Assembly (NCBI RefSeq): GCF_000315625.1
Contig: NW_005434664.1
Location: 398,345 to 462,344 of the forward strand
Length of the DNA stretch: 64,000 bases
Direction of reading: 5' to 3'
From: Guillardia theta CCMP2712
Taxonomy: Eukaryota > Protista > Cryptophyta
The notes beneath the pieces were generated by a model that was not told the DNA's origin, did no database searches, and worked only from the letters and a program-made list of their open reading frames with translations. How positions within the stretch are numbered: position 1 is the stretch's first letter; each line of letters opens with the position of its first letter. Both the position numbers and the translations under genes were made by a program. Shown piece by piece: positions 36,687 through 49,419 of the stretch.

Positions 36687-37724
36687 ATGTGGATGCCTTG
36701 TGTGCTTGTCTTCCTCCTTCTATGCAGTTTATTGAAAGTCTCAAAATCGCAAGGTCTCGCCCTGCGTCGCTCGAGCAGCCTATGTGCTGGCCTGGAGCGC
36801 TTTGACAGGATCTTGAATACATAAAGTGCATTGAAAAATCGCAAGGTTTCGCCCTGCGTCGCCAATGGCGTGCAAACACTAACAGGGGATGGTTTTTTGC
36901 TTTGTTAGATTGAGGCAGCAGAGCTTGAGGAGAGTGGAGAGTTGAGATGGGTGAGGAGGGATGGAAAGAAAGATGTGTAGGAAGAAAGAGAAGGCCTGAA
37001 GAGAGTATGGCCCGTCCTTGAACAAACCATTTCAACAAGCTGTGATTGCACACGAGCAGAAGGTAAGTTATGTCTTTCAAGCTAAATTTACAGTTACACA
37101 CGTCAAGCTCCAACATTTCATCTTAATCCTGTCGAAACATCATGCATCTGATGAAAAGTGGATATCACAAAACAGCCTTTGCAAGCGGCGTCCTCTCCTA
37201 CACCCATCGACGGGCAGCTGCCTCACCTACATACGACAACAAGCAGCACAAATGAACTCAAAGCAGCGTGGAGACTTTAGAGGTCCTGGAAGATATATAA
37301 ACTTGTTTCGCTCATCTTGTCTCAACCGAATTTATCCTCTTTTGATCCCAGCTAGCAGCGAGATTTAGTCTCTGGTGGGAAAGATGTTCTATGGATTGTT
37401 TAGTTGGCCGAAGCATGCTTGGTATCATACAAAAAGTGAACAACCACGGCAAGTATGCAATTTATGTCTCTTGTTTGCCCGCACAATTTCCTCAGCACTC
37501 ATTGTTATGGTCTGCGAGCTTTTACATGAGACGTGGACAACGGAACTAAGCAAAGTGGAATTTGGTTTTTTGCGTAATTTTTTGTATTTTCGACAATAGA
37601 GGACACTATCGCAAGAAACACTATCCTGCTGGCCGTCTCCAACAAAAGATCGCTAGAGCTCGCAGCTTTCCATACCACGCTCATTTAAACGACACGTTCA
37701 CTTCCTTAATCAACAAGAATCGAT

Positions 37725-38734
37725 TTATCTGCCACGGGCAATCTGCTTCTCGACCTCAGCATACTGCTGAGAGAGACGCTGAAATTCGCTCAAGTCAGCG
37801 GGGAAGTCAAGAGAACATAAATCCAATGCATTCACCTTCTTGCGCTTCTCTGGCACTGGGTACTCAGGGCCGTAGTTCTGGAAGTGTCCGGAGAGGGTGG
37901 AGATGGCGGTGTAAAGAGTGCTGAAGCTAGCAGCTCCCGCGACCTTGTTGTTGCGTCGGTAGTAGGCAACAAACTTGTTCATCTCGTCACGGGTGTCCTC
38001 AACGAGGGCCTTCATGGCTGGGTCACCCTTCTTCATCTCAGTAGCAGCCTTCATCTTGTTCAACAATTCGCTGACATCTAGCACATCATCGTCACTTGCT
38101 TGTCAAGAAGAGGGCAAGATGATGCAGACTAACCTGTCTTGTAGTCACCACTGAGCTTGTACTTCTCTCCACTTGCTGCCTTTGCTGGCGCAGGAGCAGC
38201 TTCCACTGCAGCCTCCCCCTCAGCACGCACGATGGCTCTGAGGAAACGAGAAAAACGAAAAAATCAGGAATGCAGCAAGATTGTGATGGCATACATAAAC
38301 GTCATCATAGACAGATAAAAAGCAAAACTTTGCTACTCCATCGCATTCGCTCAATCTGTGATACACTGAAATCCAATCATCATAGCACTGAACAGGGAAA
38401 CATGAATGATCAGCCCATCGGGGAAATAGAATAACGCGCATGCGCATAATTGCATAGGAATTGAGCCAAGTTTGAGTCAAACAGTCGAACATTGCCATCA
38501 GTGCTACAATGTTGTCACTCACGGCATGCTCAGCCCGGCGATCACAGCGGCTGAACTGGCAAGGACATCCCTGCGGGACAAGACATTCGACGCATCTGAG
38601 CCGGAAGCTCGGAGAGCGCAGACAGCAGGAGCAGACCTAGAGGAAGAAAGAAGAGAGAGGGAGGAAGAGGAGGAGGGGGCAAAGGCAGCGGCCTGGCCGA
38701 TTACGAGAGCGATGGGGAGGAGGAGGCGCAGCAT
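37725..38734 (-). CDS. psb27: Photosystem II assembly factor Psb27
   Basis: Signal peptide + AAAFAP, transit peptide and Tat motif SRRDVL; mature LSGDYK, FVAYYRR, SFSTLYTAISTLSGHFQNYGPEYPVPEKRKKRL and IARGR-stop. Confidence 0.93.
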
Positions 38735-39608
38735 TATCGCGGCTGAAAGACGTGGGGGAGCCGCTGTAGAAAGATTGCCTGAAAATCAAGCATGGACCCA
38801 CACATACTCTATGATTAACTAAACTATATAGAGCATTTCATACAACTGAAAAAATTGAGCTTAAGCTAATCTATTGTTTCTTAATCAAGTGATGACCCAC
38901 CTAAGAAGAGTTGTACCCCTCCGTGGAAGAGAGACGGATCTCCTGGGGTCCTTTGAGTGTGGCCATATGACCGGATACCTTATTTGCAAACATAGCTTCA
39001 AATTTCTGGATTTACATCGAAAACTTCAAATCATATTTCAAGTTCTACCAACATTTGAAATCACCGGATCTCCTCACGGATACTGTATCCGGCCTCGCAC
39101 TACCCCATCACCCCTCGTCTAGATCGGTTCCTATGGTTATTAAGTACCCCATTTCCTACCATGGTATACCCCACCTTTCCTGTTTACCGATCCTGAAATA
39201 ATGTGGACCACCCCCTGTTCAACGAGGTCGCTGATCTTCATGTCAGACGTAAAAGTGTGGGGTGGGAAAAGGGTGGGCGGTCTACCAAATAACTTCCTGG
39301 TGGTACATTGAAAGGGAAAGGCAGGGGTACTCAGATATTGGTGGGGGTCCAGGTGCGCATCAAACTGACAATGGGGTGCAAAGTACGTGTGGGTAGGTTG
39401 TATACGTTTGACAGGAAGGGGAGGGTACTTGATACCCCTCCAGGACACTGGGGTGATCAGGGACCCACCCTACGCACAGTTAATGATAGGGGTGGTACCA
39501 GGGCCCGGCGGCTTCCAAGAGCCGGCTCCCGAGGACTCAACGCCGGGTACTACGGGCACTGACAGCCTGAGTGAGTTATAGGCTGTTCCATTGAAGTCTA
39601 TAACTCAG

Positions 39609-39726
39609 CTGATTGTCCTCTTACTGATTTCTAACTTAACTTTGAGTAAATACTCAGCGGCCGCTTCTTTGACACGCAAGTACCTTTACTCAAAGTTAAG
39701 TTAAAAATCAGTACGAGGACAATCAG
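39609..39726. mobile_element. MITE-like hairpin with 42-bp inverted arms
   Basis: 39609-39650 is the reverse complement of 39685-39726 with 2 mismatches; the arm recurs near 21030-21062 and 39835-39859. Confidence 0.6.
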
Positions 39727-40214
39727 GAGAGACGCCGGGGCGCAGTCCGCGACTCCGCGGCCGGGCCGGGAGCCCTCAGCCGCTGAGCCCGCCCCGGTCG
39801 TACTACTCTAGTCATCAGGCTCTCAGTCAAGCTTTTACTCAAAGTTAAGTTAAAATCAGGCTGTAGCATTGGCATGGTTCCTGCGGGGTACCCTACCATC
39901 AAATCATTCAACCCACCCGTGCTTGAGTACTGTATTGAGGGGGTATAGCCAGGTGAAAGTATTCCACCACCCCTATTGTCTATTGGAGTTCTGGAGGGGT
40001 GTAGCACACACCCCTCAATCCTTCGTAAAGTACCCACCCCCGGGATAAATTTTCCCTGAGACTAAGACCACCCCAGCGAAAGAACCCTTCCTCCACATCA
40101 TGTACCCCTCCATTCGTCCATTTTTCTGATGACTATGTACGGGTGCTTACTGACAACTTTCGACTAGTACCCGTGCATTTTGGAACCACCCTCAACATAC
40201 TCCTACCTATTGCC

Positions 40215-42052
40215 ATGGCAGACGTCGAAAATGGTAAGAACCCACTGCTAAGTGATGGAGTGCTTGTAGTGAGAGAGGCTCAAGTTAGATTTCATCATGC
40301 ATGTTCAAAAGTCGAGACTGATCTTGAAATGAAGCATCGAATCATCCTCAGCCTGTGCGAGGAAATGAACAGGCAATACCAAGGATCAGTTGGCGGGTTA
40401 GGCGAATTTGAATTTTCTAGATGTTTCACGCTGATGGCATTTCACTTTTATCCTCATTTTGCATCAGATTTTTGTGAAGGAATGATTGATCTCGTAGAGC
40501 AATTGAGTTCCTTCATACTCCTCGCTGGATTTTCACGCTTGCATTTACAGAACACGATGAAGTCGCATCACAAAGCACGGACCGCATGTCTATTCCATCA
40601 GGTTGATGCTTACGGCAAAGGATTTGAAGTTTCTTACTGCTGAGCACTGAAGGGCAAAAGAAAGATCTTCTTTACAAGATCAGAAGTTTGAAGAGGAGAA
40701 CTCTTCACTCGATTCAAAAGGTGCGATGGTATAGATTTGTGCTTGCTGTGATTTGAATGATAACAGGCAACCTTGAGGCATAATATGCCAGAGACAAAGT
40801 GATTCTCTTATATTTCATGTCTCAAGTCTCTTACTTCCATGACAGGGACGAAGAGTATGACCACATGTACAATGTATGCCGCAATGAACAACTTTAAGAC
40901 AGGCTGCATGACTGACGGCGTTTTAGCATTTCTTCGAGGTTCACACGCGAGTAGAGGAGCTCAATGGAGCTTTAAAGAAGTTCATTCAAGCACAGGTACG
41001 TTGAAGTGATGAGAAGGCGCCAAGGATGACGAGGAGGCTGATTGATGTCAAGGAATCCTTCTATGAGGCTGGCAGCCAGCTAGCGATTGCGCTTGAGAAT
41101 CTTTACGAGGAGCAGCCGCAGCCTCCCCTGCGTCAGATGTCTGTGTCCCTGTGCGACTTGTTCAGTCAGCTCTGCGAAGAGCTTGTTCCTTCCGTCAGTT
41201 CACAGTGGGATCTTGCAGTAATTGCTCCATCGAATAGGATGCGAGGTCGTTTTCAGGCAATACGCGAAGATCACAACAGGAGGAATAGATACGTTGCCGA
41301 TCTCGATCACTACAAGAACAAGCTCCTGCGGTGTGAGGCAGAGCAGCACAAGAACAATTCGGCCAAGAACCAGGAGAAGGTGAAGGAGACAGAGGCGAAG
41401 TTGCAGGCGGCGGATGTTCGGTACCAACAGATTAACAAGAACTTGACGTCTCGGTTAAAGATTGCGGAAGAGCACAAGAATGCAATGGTAGACGAGGCCT
41501 TGCTATCCATGGTTTCCCTCCTGCGGACGATCCATGAGCAGACTGCAACCCGACTTGCTGCCCTGGACCAGCTCTCGGACAACGAACAATCACGGCAAGC
41601 GGCGAGGATGAGCAGGCAAACGCTGGCTAGACTGGATCGGGAGACGCAAATGGAACAGGGAGTGTCAGGGAAGTCTCCAGAAGAGCCAGTGAGCCCTAGT
41701 CGGGGGAGATGGTCGGACTCGATGCTGCCTCCTCCTCACCATCCTGATCACAACAACTCCAACATCATCGCTGTCGACATGTCTAAACTCTCCGTACAAT
41801 CCCAGCCAATGTCACCGAGGCCTCTCAGCACTATCGTCGTTAGGGCGCTGTATGACTATGATGCAACAGCTGATACAGAGCTGGACTTGAGGTATGGCGA
41901 TCTTGTCACGGTGCTGAAGCAGGACAGGAGTGGATGGTGGCAGGGCGAGGTCGATGGGAGGATTGGATGGTGAGGTGTCTGTTGGGGCTTCTTCAATGCA
42001 CTGACCACCTGTTGCCAGGTTTCCATTCAATTACGTGCAGGTGTTACCATAA
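40215..42052 (+). CDS. BAR + SH3 domain protein (amphiphysin/endophilin-like)
   Basis: Helical BAR-like region (RRNRYVADLDHYKNKL) and SH3 VRALYDY...ELDL...SGWWQGEVDGRIGW/FPFNYV; start tentative. Confidence 0.82.
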
Positions 42053-42697
42053 CTCGGGGAGATGTTCGTCTGCTATTTGTTTTGAGTAGAGGTCCCTGTA
42101 ATGTTATGATGTAAGGCTTGTACGAGCACTCTCGGTCTGACTTTCTTTAATGGTAATTCCTGTACGATTCTCTTATCATGGTATTTGTTCTCTTGAAGAC
42201 AATCTCTCAATGAGTTCAAGTCTTGTCATGGCCAGTCCCTGATCAGGCTGACTCGGATGTTATCATCCGACTCCTGCCGCCGGCCGAGCTGCCGCCTCAG
42301 GCCAGTGCCCGAGGGCCTGTGATTGTGACCGTGCACCACAACTGAAAAAACAAAAGATGAGTTTTGACTTTGACAAGCCGTTTACATTTCAACCGCGCGT
42401 AGAAAAAATGCAAGGAGGGGGGGTGCGAGGAAGGAAGAAATGAGGGAGGAGCTGTGGGCATGAACCTGGAGGCTCCAGCAGTCCTCGAAAGGAAGGAGAG
42501 AGCAGTCGGAGGAGAATCGTTGATTCGTGACTGAGAAGAACAGGAGCGAGGAGAGGAGCGGAAAAGGCTGGCTGATACATAGAAAGCAAGAGTTGTTGCA
42601 GGTAGAGGAGTAGGGAGGGGAGAGGGAAGCAGCAGGCACAACAGCACTGGGAGGAACAGATTAGGTGGAGGCGTCAGGAGCACAAGGAAGTACGGAG

Positions 42698-43265
42698 ATG
42701 TCGCAGAGATCGTTGGAGCTTGCTTCGATCGTCATGTTCTCCTGCTGTTTTCACGGCACCTGGTCCGCTTGTCCTTCCGGGAGCGGCAGCATGGCAGGTT
42801 CTCCCTCCCTCTTCCATCCTTGTCCACCCACAACTTTTCCGCAGGATGCCCGGTGCTGCCCGAGAGCTCGACCGTCCCATGTCGCTCCTCCTGCTCCCTA
42901 GTCACTGAAAGCGCTGCATGCCCGGCAGGGCTGGCCACCGCAGAGTACCCTTGCGGCGTCTACTCCTGCAGGGACACGTTTGGGAGGACGCGGTACTGCA
43001 ACCCGAGCAGAGACATCTTCGTCAACTTGAAGCTTGCTCCCTCCTACATCGGTGTGCAGGTGAGAGAGAGGTCGAACGGGCTGTTGGTTGCAAGCTGAAC
43101 GAGCTCCCGGCAGGGCTGTGACGCGCAGAGTGGAAGGTGGGGGAGCGTTGCCTGCATCGACAAGTTCCATGTAGAGACGAGCAACAGCACATGCTCGTGG
43201 GTGAAGGACAGAACCACGTGGACCAGCGAGCAACAAGTCTATCAGTGCAACGATAAAACACGTAA

Positions 43266-43300
<35 letters not shown>

Positions 43301-46184
43301 GTGGTGGAAGAGATGGTGGTGATCGGAAGACGATGACAATGATGATGACGATCACCACTACGACGATGATGACTATGATGCTTCTCAAAAATGTTTTTTG
43401 TTTTGCATTTTTTGCCGTGACCTCCCACACCACTGATCTCACTTTGTTTGTTCTAGTTTGCAATGTGGGAAGCGACGGCTGGTCGTGCTGCAACCAGCAC
43501 GATTTCATTGCGAGGTGCCCTATCGACATTCCCTACATGTGCAACAACCCGACGCTTTGCTCTGATGGCAAGGATTTCTGCTGTGTGTTTGCAGCAGGTA
43601 AAAATCCATGACAGCAAGGAGGTCAAAAGTGGAGAGAAAGGAGGATCGGGCTGAGGTTTAGGAGAGGAAATGACTGGAAGGAGTGGCAGGGGAGAGATGG
43701 GGAGGGTTGTTGCAAGTAAGGAGGAGATGGCGGTATCGTGATCCTCTTTCCTTCAGATCTCTGCGACGTCCCACCGCAGAACGGATTGAGGCCGTGCAAC
43801 GATTCCTATCTCGTAAAGGAGAGCACCTGCAGCTTGGATGGGTGTGCACCTGCTGGTAAGGAGAGGAAGAGCGAGAAGGGAGAGAGAGACTGGAGAACGG
43901 AGGAAGGAGATGGAGAGGAGAATTTCTCAATGCAGTCTGCATGAAGCGAGTTTCCTGACGTGATGACGGTCAAAAAGCAGATTCTTCTGTCTGTGAAGAC
44001 GTGTCGTCAAGCTCTTCTTTCTCCCTGAACCTTGACGATCCTTATCAAGTCGCCATGAGCCGCTATGGAGTAGATGTCAAGTGTCTGGCCTGTCTGCGCA
44101 ACGGTGAGGCAATCAGTCATCGTGTGAATAACGTTGCTCACGACCCTGTTGTGTCAGGTTGTTCCTCCTGCCAGGCATCCTCCGCCGCTCCTACTCCTCT
44201 TCCTCTGACTTCAACATGCAGATCTTGTACTCCCCGACATCTGCTGCTACGGCAGGAGGCAACGCTCTGTTACTGTCCAATCGCTCCACGTGCCTGGCAC
44301 AGAAAAGTCTTTGCTCGCGCGTTGTCCATGAGTATGGTATCGAGAGCGAAGCGATCGTCATCGAGAAGGAGGAGGACTGCTACAGGTGCGACGCGGAGTC
44401 GGGATGCAGTAGAGACAACGGAGGAAGCTGGTAGAGGGTTTTCGGAAGGGAGAAGCTGAGACAGTGGAGAAAAAAGTGAGGATAGGAGATGGGAAATGAG
44501 ACCATACTGGGGATAGGGAACATCGGGGAAAGAGCATGGAGAGGAGAGGAGAGAAGAGGAGAAAAGAGGAGAGGAGAGGAGAGGAGAGGAGAGGAGAGGA
44601 GAGGAGAGGAGAGGAGAGGAGAGGAGAGGAGAGGAGAGGAGAGGAGAGGAGAGGAGAGGAGAGGAGAGGAGAGGAGAGGAGAGGAGAGGAGAGGAGGTCT
44701 GATGGACGCTCTGCAGCGGCTACTGGAACTACGTGCAGTACCTCGCAGACTACTTCGCCTCTGAGGTTCCTCCAAGGATGAGGAGCGCTCCTCGTGACGA
44801 GCTGCTGGGCAAGAGGACGCGAGTAGAGGTGCAGGTGAGCAACGTCATCCTCCTCGGGCTGGATCTCAGCAAGGAGACCTTCTCCAGCTCTGCGACGGTG
44901 AAGCTGACATGGAAGGACTCCCGGCTCCTCTCGTCCACCAGTAACCCCCTAGGGAGATCCGTCTTCGACGTGGAGAGGCTCAAAGGAGCCATCCTGACAT
45001 GGCGGCCTGACCTCACAAGGACCAACGAGGAGGATGGAGGAGGGTGGGCGGCAGCCCCGAAGTCCGTGTCGCTCAACGCCTCGGGGGCGGTGGAGGAGGA
45101 GAGGAACTTCTCCTCCTCATGGTCGTGTGATCCCCTTGGACTCTGGGTGAACCAGACGGGCATCGCACGCCTACGCATGTCTTGGATGTATCCTGCAGGA
45201 GCACTGGCGGACAACTCCTCCTCCTCCTGGATCAACGACTTCGCGCTAGCTCTTCTCCCTCCCTCCTCCCTCTCCGTGCGTGATCACACCCCCCGCCATC
45301 GCGTCATCTTCGCACACTCTTTCACCGATCCTCAAGGCCTGCACATCGATTTGTTCGTCCAGGAGCTCCCCTCTCGCGTAGCTCTCAAGTTCGTCTATCC
45401 GGTATCTGGTAGTATCTACTGCTTACCCTACTGACCTCCTTCTCCTTCTCCTGCTGCTGCTGCTCCTCCTCCCCCTCCTTCTCCTCCTCCTCCTCCTCCT
45501 CCTCCTCCTCCTCCTCCTTCACAGGTCATCCTACTCATTCTCTTTGTCCTGCTCGTCGCAAGCCTTGAGCCTCCTTCTCCTGAGATCTTGGGTGGAAAGT
45601 TTCTTGCCTTCCAGATCAGCTTGTGGTGCGTGCTGGTTGTCATGAGCATCCGCACCTTCGACGTCTCCTCCTCTCTGCCGTGGCTGGATGTGTTCCTGAC
45701 CTGCTCCCTCACTGCCATCGTCGCAGTGGCTCTAGTCATCGTTCTCTCCTCGTCGCTCTGGGAGCAGCAAGGGACGCAACAAGTTGTCAACAGGAAGCTG
45801 CAACAGGAGATGAGAATGAGGTCTGACAGGCGCAAGGCGAGGATGTTCAAGTGGGGTTGCCTGGGAGCGATTGTGTGCGTTCTCATCACCAGCACTACCT
45901 CGGAGTTTCTGCGGGAGAGAGCGAGGAGGGAGGAGCTGCCTGCTCAAGTCAACAGCTTCCTCTTCGATCCCGGTGCTCCAGGCAACTCTGATCATCACAC
46001 CCTTCTCACTGTTGCTGCAGGAGCAGCTGCCGCGTGCATTTCCCTCGGGACCATCGGAGCTGTGTGCTGCCTCGGACCCTTCACGCTCGAACTCCTCCTT
46101 GAGCTGATCTCGTTTCTGCGCGGGTTGACCATGAAGGTTGTGCCGGCGAGCGGGGAAGGCATGCACGCCGTGAACGTGAACTAG
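42698..46184 (+). CDS. Cys-rich ectodomain fused to a divergent pentameric ligand-gated ion channel-like module
   Basis: Possible signal peptide, Cys-rich exons, then LTWKDSRL and TWRPDL motifs and four TM-like helices with an M1 proline, plus an extra hydrophobic tail. Confidence 0.62.
44541..44695. repeat. (GAGAG)n microsatellite within an intron
   Basis: About 30 pentamer units seen directly. Confidence 0.95.
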
Positions 46185-46311
46185 CTTTAATGTTAAAACT
46201 TCTTGTACGTGGAGATCATTGGAATCTTGGTAAGCTAGACAAACATCATCCAGACACGTGGATGAAAGAGGAAAGAATCAAGAGGAAGCAGAGTCGACAC
46301 GAATCCCTTCA

Positions 46312-46900
46312 TCTACCATCCACCCTGGGACCAGTGTGCGTAGCGCTGGTGCATCTCCTGGCTGATGTTCACAGCAGCATGGTAATCCTTGTCACCGCGC
46401 TCGATGGCTTGCTTGGAAGGGAAGAGACTGAGCAACTCAAACATTGTGCCTGTTGAAGACAATCAGCCATGGCTGTTCAAAGCGAGGGCGTGAATGTAAG
46501 AAATCATTCTACAAGAATCTTTGCATGAGTGCACTCGATTAGAAACCATTCAACAGAAAAGATTGATGCAGTAAGTCAGACGATACATGTTCACACTGTT
46601 GACTTGATACATTACGCATATCATGTTTTGATCAGTGGCTTATCAGGTTGCAAAAAAAATATTGCATCGCATATTCCACTTGAATGACGACATGACAGGT
46701 TCTTACATACTCGGCTACACCTTCTCTTCTTTCTCTTCCTTTTCTTCTTCTCTTTTCATCTTCCTCAACTATCTCATGCACTGTGCATCTTGCTCAGTCA
46801 TGCCATACCTTCAGATGTGCTATTTTGGGAAAACCCGACCTCGACATCTGGTGGGGCACATAGGACCTCTTACACAAAATTGATGAGATTTCTAGGAGCT
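46312..46900 (-). CDS. Possible small multi-exon gene
   Basis: Exon-like MFELLSLFPSKQAIERGDKDYHAAVNISQEMHQRYAHWSQGGW after a cag acceptor; the rest is unresolved. Confidence 0.25.
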
Positions 46901-47034
46901 ATGACCATCGGTATAGCTCGGATACGTAACCTGTAGGTACCTCTGATGTTTTGGTTTCATATCCAGTAGGGGTGCCTAGTTATTACCTTTTGAAATTTTG
47001 TTGCTGATGAGCAAATTAGTCTTGAAACTCAAGC

Positions 47035-47455
47035 TCAGGCCCCGGCGGCCCGGCCGGGGCCCCGGACTGTACACCGTACGGTCACTGCCGTAGCAGGGCC
47101 GACCGCTGACGCGGCTGACCGTACCGTCCGACTCTCAGTCGGTCCGGGGACGGTCTGACTCGGAGGCCGGGCTCTCACCGCACTCAGTGGCGGCTGTCGG
47201 GGCCGGCCAAGTGCCACTCAGCTCGGAGGCAGTGATGCCCGGCCGTCACGTGCAGCACGCGGCCCCGGGCGGCCGGGCCGCACTGCTGCTGCCCGGCCGG
47301 GACTCCCAGCCTGACTCGGAGTGACCGGACCGTCGGACTCCGGGACATTCACTGTTCACACGAGTCAATTGACTAGTAACTACGGACGGAGGCTCCGAGG
47401 CTCCGGGGGGGGGCCGGAGGCCCGCGGCGGCCCGCCGGGCGGCCGGGCTCAGCCT
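47035..47455. repeat. GC/CpG-rich interspersed repeat-like tract at the retrotransposon insertion site
   Basis: Same word content as 22340-23150. Confidence 0.55.
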
Positions 47456-47945
47456 TATTGGAATCAATTCCTGACTCCTAGAGTCTGTGCACAGATGAAT
47501 GACTAGTAGAACAGCTCAACAGCTGACTGATAAGTCCAAAGACCAAGACTCACAGATGATGTGCGCACGAAGACACCAATGACTTTCACAGCCAACCAAA
47601 CACCTCAGATAACTCAGATCAACTTCCCAACAATCCCCAGCACTTTATTCCCAACACTCGTAGCAGCAAGACCAACCAAACAGCTTCCCTTCACACACCA
47701 CCGCCTTACTTCCACCACTGTACGAGTGCTGCCTCTTCGACAGCCGGCGCCTCTTGATTCCTCCGGCGCCGCCTCAGCTTCCCCAGGCTCCAACCAACCG
47801 GATCTTCTAAGTCACAGACTAAGCTCCAGCCCACTAGCTTGGACCTGCAGGCTTCACTTGGTTCACAACCTGATTAGACGCATCCCTTGAACTTATCGCG
47901 TCTGAAAGAACTTCTGAGAGGTTTGTCAGAACCTGAGTTCTTACA
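47456..47945 (-). repeat. 3' LTR (490 bp)
   Basis: Direct repeat of 56044-56533 at offset 8588; no differences seen by eye. Confidence 0.97.
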
Positions 47946-47955
47946 CCCTCCCTTT
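47946..47955 (-). other. Polypurine tract AAAGGGAGGG
   Basis: Directly abuts the TG start of the 3' LTR on the minus strand. Confidence 0.85.
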
Positions 47956-49419
47956 GTGAAGCAAGTCAGAAGTCTGCAACCTTCTCAGCTTGTCAAAATC
48001 ATCTGCTTGACAGCTAAGCAGCTGTCCCCTGCGATGTCCTCCTTTCCAACGATCGCTCTAGCTTCTTGCAGCGTTGTCAGCTGCTCCCATCACCTGACCA
48101 TCAACATCTTTCCCAAGCTGACTTCCATGCTGCTCTCCTCTCCAAGGTCATCTTGCTGCTACCACTCCATCAACCGTTCTGCACAGGCTCATCCCCCATC
48201 TTGCATGCCTCCTGCGCTCCTCCTTCGCTTCAAGTGTGCACCCTGGTGCACCTGCGTTTCGCCTCCTGTGACACCTGCACTCCTCCTCCGCTTGCGCTGC
48301 GGATGCAGTGCGGTCGCACCCCGCCAACAGTGCACCTGTGCTGCTCCTCCACCTGCGCTGCGGCTTCTCCCCACCATCGTAGGGCCTGCGCTGCTCCTCC
48401 AGCGCTTGCGCTTCAGCAGCACTCCTGCAGCACCTGCGCTGTCCTCCTCTAGCGCATCCTGATGCTCGTGCACTCGGGTTCCTCAGCTTGTACCATCCGC
48501 ATGCCACTAGAGACTCTCCTCATCCGCCTGCGCTGTCCGCATGCACCTGTGCTCCTCCTCACCTTCCATCATAAACTCTTCCCAGCTGCCTGCAGTGTCA
48601 GCTCAAGACTAAGTCCTGAACACATCTGCATCTTTCAAGTCAGACAGCTCCTCCTCCTCTTCAACCTGATCCTCATGATGGGATTGGTCATCATGTGACC
48701 TCTCTGAAGCTTGCGCATTGAGCAATGAAGACATCTCCACCCATTGATGATGCCAAGAATTTAGAATTCCAATCAAGCTCCAGAGATCAGGTTCAGAATT
48801 CTTGCAATGCATTGATTGATCTCTGATTGTTTTGAACACAATTTTCTCGTTTCTAATCTATGGGCCCTTTCTATCCTATCTACCCCGGGGATCATTGTTT
48901 TGCCAAGGCACAATCATTTTTGACGTCAGCGCTTTCATTTCAACCACATGACTTATCGATCTCGACTCATCCGTCATTTCTTTCTCAATTTTCATTTTTT
49001 GGCCATTCAATTTCATCGTTCACTACCGTCATGGGTTCCATAGATCAGGATGAGCGAGTTTCTAAGATACTAACCTAGAACAGATGTCTTGGTTGCAGCT
49101 AGCCACAGGCTTGAGGAAGACGTGTCTGTCTTTATCCTCCTTCCGATTCATCCGATTCCTTCACGTTCTCCATGAGAGTCTCCTCGGTGACATCACCCGA
49201 GACACCCTCCCTGAATCGGATAGAAGACGGAAGATAAAGCCTGGAAGCCACCGCAGCAGGATCGGTTAAATCTCCTTGTCGGAGACTAGAGCTCGGATCA
49301 CCGTCAATCACACACGGGGCATACAACTTTGGCGACTGACGGCATGGGAACAGAGTAGCACTGTCCCTGACAGAAGCGCAGAGAGCATGAAGCGCAGAGA
49401 GCATGACAGGCGAGCATCC

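Noticed and set aside
44380-44781. ORFs with GEERR / SSPLL repeats
   Set aside because: Translations of the intronic (GAGAG)n microsatellite
47561-47890. Identical 109-aa ORFs at 47561 and 56149
   Set aside because: They are antisense frames inside the two LTRs with a GTG start, not genes
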